Positions 57,819 to 64,000 of a DNA stretch of 64,000 bases are shown in pieces. Each line of letters opens with the position of its first letter. Positions within the stretch are counted from its first letter, which is position 1. This DNA is from a virus. Made by a program: the position numbers and the translations under genes. The DNA lies in the IMG/VR virus record IMGVR_UViG_3300032315_001572, positions 1-64,000 of that record; one strand, 5' to 3'. The notes under the pieces are model-generated. The model did not search any database, had not been told where the DNA came from, and saw only the letters and a list, made by a program, of their open reading frames with translations.

Positions 57819-59702
57819 TTACCAAGAACCAATTGCTGATCTACGCCAATTATTATCAGATATGCAAAAATATGAATAATTTTGATCTAATGCCATTTGA
57901 CCAGATGTTCCAGCGCTATTTGGGGTAGGTGGAGGAGATACAAGAGATGTTCCTCCACCACCATTTATTGTAATTGCAGCTGTTGATCCACCAACAGAAA
58001 CAGATACTCCACCCCCAATAAAATTTAAAGTAGAAGCAGAGCCTTGAGAAGATCCTTCGTCTTGAATTGTTATTAGTGAAGCTATTCCTTCGCCACTCAA
58101 TAAAACTCCAGTTCCATTTACAGTTGGTCGAGACGCAAAAGTTTTAACTCCACTAATAATTTGATTGCCAGTATTGTAAACTACATTAGACGCAGTTAAA
58201 CCTCCACTTACAATATTTAATCCATCAGAAGTTATTCGTGCTATTGTCCTCGCTGCGGTAGTACCTCCAATGTGGAATTCAACAGCAGTATTTGGAGTTT
58301 GAGTCCCAATATCTAAGTTTCCACCATTAATAAATAAGTAACCATCATAAGCACTACCATTACTAAAGTTTGGATCGTTGTATCCACTATTATTTATTCC
58401 AAGATCAAGATAATTAGATGAATCATTACCATTATTTGCAGTGATAACCAAGTCGGCAGTAGCATTGGTTCCAGTTGCTCTATTTTGTATATTAATTTGT
58501 ATATAAGTGTTACCACTTCCAACTATTGATAAGGGGTTATTTGGTAAGGATAAAGGTGTTATTCCAGAAAGCGAAAATACTCCAGAATTAACAAAAGTTT
58601 TGTTTCCAGAAATAATTTGATTTCCAGTAATATAAACTATAGTGCTTGATAATAATCCTCCTTGAGAAATGCCAGAAACATAACCGCTAAGTGAATTAAT
58701 CTTATTATCTAACCTGCTTCCAGTATTGAATGTTTGCCCGCTGAAAATAATATCTTGAGAATTAACGTATCCACTAAGACTATTAATCTTGTTATCGAGT
58801 CTACTACCTGTGTTAAATGTTTGACCGCTGAAAATAATATCTTGAAAGTTTACATAACCACTGAGTGCGTTGATTTTGTTGTCTAACCTGCTACCTGTGT
58901 TAAATGTTTGTCCACTAAATATAATGTTCTGAGAATTAACATAGCCACTGAGTGAATTTATTTTATTATCCAAAGTTGAACCTGTTGCAAATAAATTACT
59001 AGTTGAGGCGAAAGAATTCGTATTAATTCCTGTTATTAATCTATTTCCACTTACGACTGGTGCAACATCAAAAGTTTTGATTCCAAAGATAATTTGATTT
59101 CCAGTTGTGTAAACGATATTATCTCCAGTGGCAACAACTGTAACTACTATTGGATCTCCACTTAATAAAAATCCTGTGCCATTTACGGTAGGACGAACTC
59201 CAAAATTAATTCTATTTCCAGAAACTACAAAAAGATTATCTTGAGTAGAATCGCCAAAGAATGTGTCTTGCGCAAAAGTTTTCTTTCCAGAGATGATTTG
59301 GTCACCAGTTGTATAGACGATTGTATTCGGTAAAATAACGCTAGAAGCTTCGCCACTTAGTAGTACTCCTGTTCCATTAACTGTTGGACGACTTATGAAA
59401 TTTTTGATACCAGAAATTGTTTGATTGCCAGTAGTATAAACAATAGTTGCTGGCAAGGTTACATTTGCTGCTTCTCCACTTAACAATACTCCCGTGCCAT
59501 TTACTGTAGGACGAGAAGCAAAAGTTTTGACTCCACTTATAGTTTGATCTCCAGTATTATAAACTAAATTAGAAGCAACTACTGGAAAATTACTATCTAT
59601 ATTAAGATTTCTTACAAATATACCAGAAACATCATCTTTAAGATAAAATCTTTGACCAGATGATACTCCTGTATTTGAGAAATGAAATATTTGATTGCTC
59701 AT
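57819..59702 (-). CDS. virion fibre protein with VYTTGNQTISGxKTF, RPTVNGTGVLLSGE and 29-aa coiled-coil-like repeats
   Basis: Tail-fibre-type QTISGxKTF repeats; C-terminal P...NSAGTSGQMA.D..Y.YFC...NNWRR tip motif. Confidence 0.78.
   Translation of the reverse strand: MSNQIFHFSNTGVSSGQRFYLKDDVSGIFVRNLNIDSNFPVVASNLVYNTGDQTISGVKTFASRPTVNGTGVLLSGEAANVTLPATIVYTTGNQTISGIKNFISRPTVNGTGVLLSGEASSVILPNTIVYTTGDQIISGKKTFAQDTFFGDSTQDNLFVVSGNRINFGVRPTVNGTGFLLSGDPIVVTVVATGDNIVYTTGNQIIFGIKTFDVAPVVSGNRLITGINTNSFASTSNLFATGSTLDNKINSLSGYVNSQNIIFSGQTFNTGSRLDNKINALSGYVNFQDIIFSGQTFNTGSRLDNKINSLSGYVNSQDIIFSGQTFNTGSRLDNKINSLSGYVSGISQGGLLSSTIVYITGNQIISGNKTFVNSGVFSLSGITPLSLPNNPLSIVGSGNTYIQINIQNRATGTNATADLVITANNGNDSSNYLDLGINNSGYNDPNFSNGSAYDGYLFINGGNLDIGTQTPNTAVEFHIGGTTAARTIARITSDGLNIVSGGLTASNVVYNTGNQIISGVKTFASRPTVNGTGVLLSGEGIASLITIQDEGSSQGSASTLNFIGGGVSVSVGGSTAAITINGGGGTSLVSPPPTPNSAGTSGQMALDQNYSYFCISDNNWRRSAIGSW
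58680..58985. repeat. 87-bp (29-aa) tandem repeats TGSRLDNKINSLSGYVNSQDIIFSGQTFN
   Basis: About 3.5 units; related units recur at 62465-62770 and 63085-63220. Confidence 0.85.
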
Positions 59703-59711
59703 TTTGATATA

Positions 59712-62039
59712 TTATAGGTTAAATGAACCAATTCCTCCAAAGCAATCTTTTAAAATTCCACTAATAGTACCACCATTATTATAACCACTACCAAATGAAT
59801 AATTTCCACCAGTGCAATTTGTAAGAGTTCCACTAATAACGCCACCAAGAAAACCACCACTAGCAAATGAATAATCTCCACCAGTGCAATCTGTAAGAGC
59901 TCCAGTAATTCCAGCTCCGACATCATAACCACCACCACCAGTATAATCACCACTAGCAAATGAATTATTTCCACCAGAGCAATTTTTAAGAGTTCCACTA
60001 ATAGTGTAACCAAAATAACCACTACTAAATGAATGATCTCCACCAGTGCAATTTATTAAAACTGCAGTTGAACTAATAGTGCCACCAATTGTAGAACCAC
60101 CAACATTTAGACCATTAGAACTAGCAAATGAACTATTTCCACCAGTGCAATCTGTAAGAGTTCCACTAATAGTGCCACCAGCACTAGCACCACTACCACC
60201 ACTAGCAAACGAATTATCTCCACCAGTGCAGCCTGTTAAAGTTCCACTAATAGTACCACCACCATTATTAACACCACTAGCAAACGAATAGTCTCCACCA
60301 GTGCAATTTGTTAAAACTGCAGTTGAATTTATAGTGCCACCACCAAAACCACTACCACCAAATGAAAAATCTCCACCAGTGCAATTTGTAAGAGTTCCAC
60401 TAATAGTGCCACTATTGCCGCCAAATGAATAGTCTCCGCCTGTGCAACCTATAAAATTTCCACTAGCACTATTACCACTGCCAAATGAATTATCTCCACC
60501 AGTGCAATTTGTAAAGTCTCCACTTGCACTTCCACCACCTCCGCCAAATGAACTATTTCCACCATTGCAATTTGTAAAGTCTCCACTTGCATTTCCAAGA
60601 TTTCCGCCAAATGAATTATCTCCACCAGTGCAATCTTTAAAAGTTCCACTAGCATTATTACCACCGCCAAATGAATTATCTCCACCAGTGCAATTTGTAA
60701 AGTCTCCACTTGCACTTCCATTGTAGCCAAATGAATTATCTCCACCAGTGCAATTTGTTAAAACTGCAGTTGAATTAATAGTACCACCACCAAAACCACC
60801 ACCAGCAAACGAATAGTTTCTACCTTTGCAATTTTCTAAAACTGAAGTTGAATCAATAGTGCCACCGCTATTACCACCACCAGCAAACGAATAGTTTCCA
60901 CCAGTGCAATCTTTTAAAGTTCCACTAATAGTACCACCATTAATATTACCGCCAGCAAATGAATAATCTCCGCCAGTACAATTTGTAAAAGTTCCACTTG
61001 CAGTTCCTTCACCAGCAAATGAATAGTTTCCACCAGTGCAATCTTTTAAAGTTCCACTAATATTACCACCATTAACATTACCACCACCAAATGAATAATC
61101 TCCACCAGAGCAATTTTCTAAAACTGCAGTTGAATCAATAGTGCCACCGCTATTACCACCACCAGCAAACGAATAGTTTCCACCAGTGCAATCTTTTAAA
61201 GTTCCACTAATAGTACCACCATTAACATTACCACCACCAAATGAATAATCTCCGCCAGAGCAATTTGTTAAAACTGCGGTTGAACTAATAGTAGAACCAC
61301 TCGCACCACTCCCACCAAATGAATAGTTTCCACCAGTGCAATTTGTAAAGTTTCCACTTACGGCTCCATTGTTTCCGCCAAATGAAACAGCTCCGCCAGT
61401 GCAATCTGTAAAAGTTCCACTTGCAGCTCCGCCAGAGCCAAATGAGCTAGTTCCACCAGAGCAATTTGTAAAGTTTCCACTTGCAGTTCCATTACCACCA
61501 AATGAATAGTTTCCACCAGTGCAATCTGTAAAAGTTCCACTATACTCTATATAACTCCTCATGCCCCAACTAGAATTTGCATCAGAAATAAATAATACAT
61601 TTTCTGCATATGTTAAATTTAAATTAGTATTTGGAAAATAAGCTGCTGGATCAGTATTATCGCCATTCATAGAATAAGTTGTATTACTATTTTCTATTGT
61701 TAGATTAAATAATTTAACATCATTTGCAGTTTGTTGTACTGTGCCTCGATTTGGTTGATCAATATCACTTGTGATATAATGCTTGCTTCTATCTGAAGTA
61801 GAGCCAACTATATCAACATATTGAGTATCAAGAATTAAACTTTGAGTTCCAAGATTATAAGTTGCTGGTGGTAAAATAACAGCTAATCTATTAACAGTTG
61901 ACAAAGATGCGCCGTTAGGAGTTACTGTTTTTGCAAGAGCGTAAGCTGCTAAAAGATTATTACCATTAACTATAGCATTATCTGTTACTTTCACAGTAAC
62001 ATAATTGGCGCTATTTAACTTATTTAGTACATCAGCCAT
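59712..62039 (-). CDS. beta-solenoid/tailspike-like protein with Gly/Cys repeats
   Basis: N-terminal beta-helix cap (NGNNLLAA...VILPPATYNL), then about 26 copies of (F/L)xxC(T/S)GGxxSF(G/A). Confidence 0.75.
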   Translation of the reverse strand: MADVLNKLNSANYVTVKVTDNAIVNGNNLLAAYALAKTVTPNGASLSTVNRLAVILPPATYNLGTQSLILDTQYVDIVGSTSDRSKHYITSDIDQPNRGTVQQTANDVKLFNLTIENSNTTYSMNGDNTDPAAYFPNTNLNLTYAENVLFISDANSSWGMRSYIEYSGTFTDCTGGNYSFGGNGTASGNFTNCSGGTSSFGSGGAASGTFTDCTGGAVSFGGNNGAVSGNFTNCTGGNYSFGGSGASGSTISSTAVLTNCSGGDYSFGGGNVNGGTISGTLKDCTGGNYSFAGGGNSGGTIDSTAVLENCSGGDYSFGGGNVNGGNISGTLKDCTGGNYSFAGEGTASGTFTNCTGGDYSFAGGNINGGTISGTLKDCTGGNYSFAGGGNSGGTIDSTSVLENCKGRNYSFAGGGFGGGTINSTAVLTNCTGGDNSFGYNGSASGDFTNCTGGDNSFGGGNNASGTFKDCTGGDNSFGGNLGNASGDFTNCNGGNSSFGGGGGSASGDFTNCTGGDNSFGSGNSASGNFIGCTGGDYSFGGNSGTISGTLTNCTGGDFSFGGSGFGGGTINSTAVLTNCTGGDYSFASGVNNGGGTISGTLTGCTGGDNSFASGGSGASAGGTISGTLTDCTGGNSSFASSNGLNVGGSTIGGTISSTAVLINCTGGDHSFSSGYFGYTISGTLKNCSGGNNSFASGDYTGGGGYDVGAGITGALTDCTGGDYSFASGGFLGGVISGTLTNCTGGNYSFGSGYNNGGTISGILKDCFGGIGSFNL
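59720..61545. repeat. imperfect tandem repeat array (about 26 units, 60-100 bp)
   Basis: Recurring AATGAAT..TCTCCACCAGTGCAAT.TGTAA on the + strand. Confidence 0.9.
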
Positions 62040-62040
62040 T

Positions 62041-64000
62041 TTAACTTACTCCTGCGCTTACACTAAGACTTATCCATCCTGTGTAACCTATATTATTTAC
62101 ACCCAAGAGTTGCAAGCTTTCGTTCTTATAAAGATTAATATTAGAGAATCCATCTATAGTTCTTTGACCAGATCCTGTTATTAACAATATTCCAGTATTT
62201 AAATTCTTAACATAATAATTTATACCAGAAGTTATGCCACTAGGCAAAGTTCCTATTATATTATTTGAACTATTAGCAATATTTATATAAGTATTACCAA
62301 AAATAAAATTACTATTAACATAATTATAAGATGAAAGTTTCTTATTTGTTATTTGAAGAGTATCAAAAGAACCTGTATTAGCAAAAGTTTTGATTCCACT
62401 TATAGTTTGGTTTCCAGTAATATAAACAATAGAGCTTGGTAATGTACCACCAGCAGATATTCCAGAAACATATCCACTTAAAGCATTAATCTTATTGTCA
62501 AGTCTACTTCCAGTGTTGAAAGTTTGACCACTGAACACTATGTCTTGAGCGTTAACATATCCGCTTAGACTATTGATCTTACCATCTAATCTACTACCAG
62601 TATTAAAAGTTTGACCGCTGAAAATAATATCTTGAGTATTGACGTATCCACTCAGCGAGTTGATCTTATTGTCAAGTCTGCTACCAGTATTGAAAATTTG
62701 ACCACTAGCGCTTTGAGAATTTACGTATCCACTTAAAGAGTTAATTTTATTATCAAGAACAGATCCAGTAGTAAATAAATTAGCATTTGTGGCATAAGGA
62801 TTAAGATTAACTCCTGTTATCAATCTATTGCCACTTACGACAGGGAAAAGATCAAATGTTTTAATCCCAGAGATTGTTTGATTACCTTGATCATAAACTA
62901 TTCCTGTACCATTTACTGTTGGGTAAACTCCGAAACTTATAGTGTTTCCAGAAATTACTAAAATATTATCTTGAGTTTGGTCACCAACTATAACATTTTC
63001 AGCAAAGTTTTTATTGCCAGAGATAGTTTGGTTTCCAGTCGTATAAACAATCGTAGTTGGTAAAGTTATAGATTTGCTATCAACATAACCGCTCAAAGCA
63101 TTGATCTTGGTATCTAATCTACTACCAGTATTAAACGTTTGCCCACTAAATACTATGTCTTGGGAATTAACATATCCACTTAAGGTATTAATCTTATTGT
63201 CTAGAGTCGATCCTGTTGCGAATAAATTAGCAATTGTAGCATAAGAACCAAGTTGTGCTGATCCAGTTAAAACTTGATTTCCACTGATATATATACTATT
63301 ATATACATTAATAGAAGAGTTACCAGTTATTAGAATATCTATTCCTGATAAGAACAGTTTATCAATATTCGAAACTTTGACATTGTTAAAACTTCCAGTT
63401 CCAGATACGGCTATATTGTTAAGGAAGGTTTTATTACCAGAGATAAGTTGATCGCCAGTTGTATAAACGATTGTATTTGGTAAGATGACAGCAGAAACTT
63501 CTCCACTCAATAAAACTCCAGTTCCATTAACTGTTGGACGAACTCCAAAAGTAATTTGATTTCCTGAAATTACTAAAAGATTGTCTTGAGTTTGGTCGCC
63601 AACTGTAACGTTTTCAGCAAAGTTTTTATTGCCAGAGATAGTTTGATTTCCAGTGATGTATACTATACTATTTGGAAGTAGTCCCCCAGCAGAAATGCCA
63701 GAAATGTAACCACTTAAAGCATTAATTTTGTTATCTAAAATTGAACCTGTGGTAAATAATTGAGCGTCGGTTGCAAATGTAGCGTTCAAGCTCCCAGTAT
63801 ACCCCGTAAATAATCCACTTAAGGCAACAATGCTATTATACAAATTAGATCCACTTGAAGCTATCTGTCCGCTTAATATAATATTTTGAGAATTAGTATA
63901 TCCACTTAGCGCATTAATCTTATTGTCTAATATACTTCCAGTATTCACTATGATCGGATTAAGTTCTCCACTTAAAACAACTCCTGTACCATTTACAGTA
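62041..64000 (-). CDS. virion fibre protein (5' partial), paralogue of 57819-59702
   Basis: Frame stays open to the window edge (TVNGTGVVLSGELNPIIVNTGS...); same repeat modules. Confidence 0.8.
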   Translation of the reverse strand, partial: TVNGTGVVLSGELNPIIVNTGSILDNKINALSGYTNSQNIILSGQIASSGSNLYNSIVALSGLFTGYTGSLNATFATDAQLFTTGSILDNKINALSGYISGISAGGLLPNSIVYITGNQTISGNKNFAENVTVGDQTQDNLLVISGNQITFGVRPTVNGTGVLLSGEVSAVILPNTIVYTTGDQLISGNKTFLNNIAVSGTGSFNNVKVSNIDKLFLSGIDILITGNSSINVYNSIYISGNQVLTGSAQLGSYATIANLFATGSTLDNKINTLSGYVNSQDIVFSGQTFNTGSRLDTKINALSGYVDSKSITLPTTIVYTTGNQTISGNKNFAENVIVGDQTQDNILVISGNTISFGVYPTVNGTGIVYDQGNQTISGIKTFDLFPVVSGNRLITGVNLNPYATNANLFTTGSVLDNKINSLSGYVNSQSASGQIFNTGSRLDNKINSLSGYVNTQDIIFSGQTFNTGSRLDGKINSLSGYVNAQDIVFSGQTFNTGSRLDNKINALSGYVSGISAGGTLPSSIVYITGNQTISGIKTFANTGSFDTLQITNKKLSSYNYVNSNFIFGNTYINIANSSNNIIGTLPSGITSGINYYVKNLNTGILLITGSGQRTIDGFSNINLYKNESLQLLGVNNIGYTGWISLSVSAGVS

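Noticed and set aside
59750-61540. Short alternative-frame and antisense ORFs (MEIIHL..., PPVQ... repeats)
   Set aside because: Shadow frames of the Gly/Cys repeat gene
59720-61545. CRISPR array or DGR in the repeated DNA
   Set aside because: Repeats are in-frame coding units with synonymous variation; no cas or reverse transcriptase gene is seen
59712-62039. Ice-binding protein (TxT ladder)
   Set aside because: Thr positions are often replaced by Lys, Glu or Ile and loop lengths vary, unlike a flat regular ice-binding face
1-64000. Stop-codon reassignment as in some large phages
   Set aside because: Standard-code ORFs are long, dense and tightly abutting; the DnaE and GT9 splits have separate starts or promoters

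Overview
AT-rich segment of a large tailed dsDNA bacteriophage with a lambda/T5-type non-contractile tail, standard genetic code, host not identifiable from this window. In order: a phage tmRNA (5-392); a ~17 kb operon of glycosyltransferases, methyltransferases and sugar-donor enzymes (1759-19133); a replication/recombination module (RecA, DnaB, ThyX, primase, split DnaE, probable SSB and SSAP, plus a GT4/GT9 pair; 19170-35035); a + strand tail-tip block (gpM-L-K-I-J-like, 37924-46008); and a converging - strand block of tape measure, chaperones, tail tube, neck proteins and repeat-rich fibres (46010-64000). Two promoter classes are readable: sigma70-type promoters 6-9 nt before ATG (leaderless or near-leaderless), and a GTGTAA motif before structural and orphan genes. 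The strongest candidate for an undescribed system is a virion glycan coat: exposed fibre proteins are heavily enriched in Ser/Thr-Gly dipeptides, and the phage carries about 14 glycosyltransferase-like genes plus a phosphoribulokinase-fused ketose donor module. All protein family calls come from motif recognition by eye and all counts are hand counts; no database search was run.
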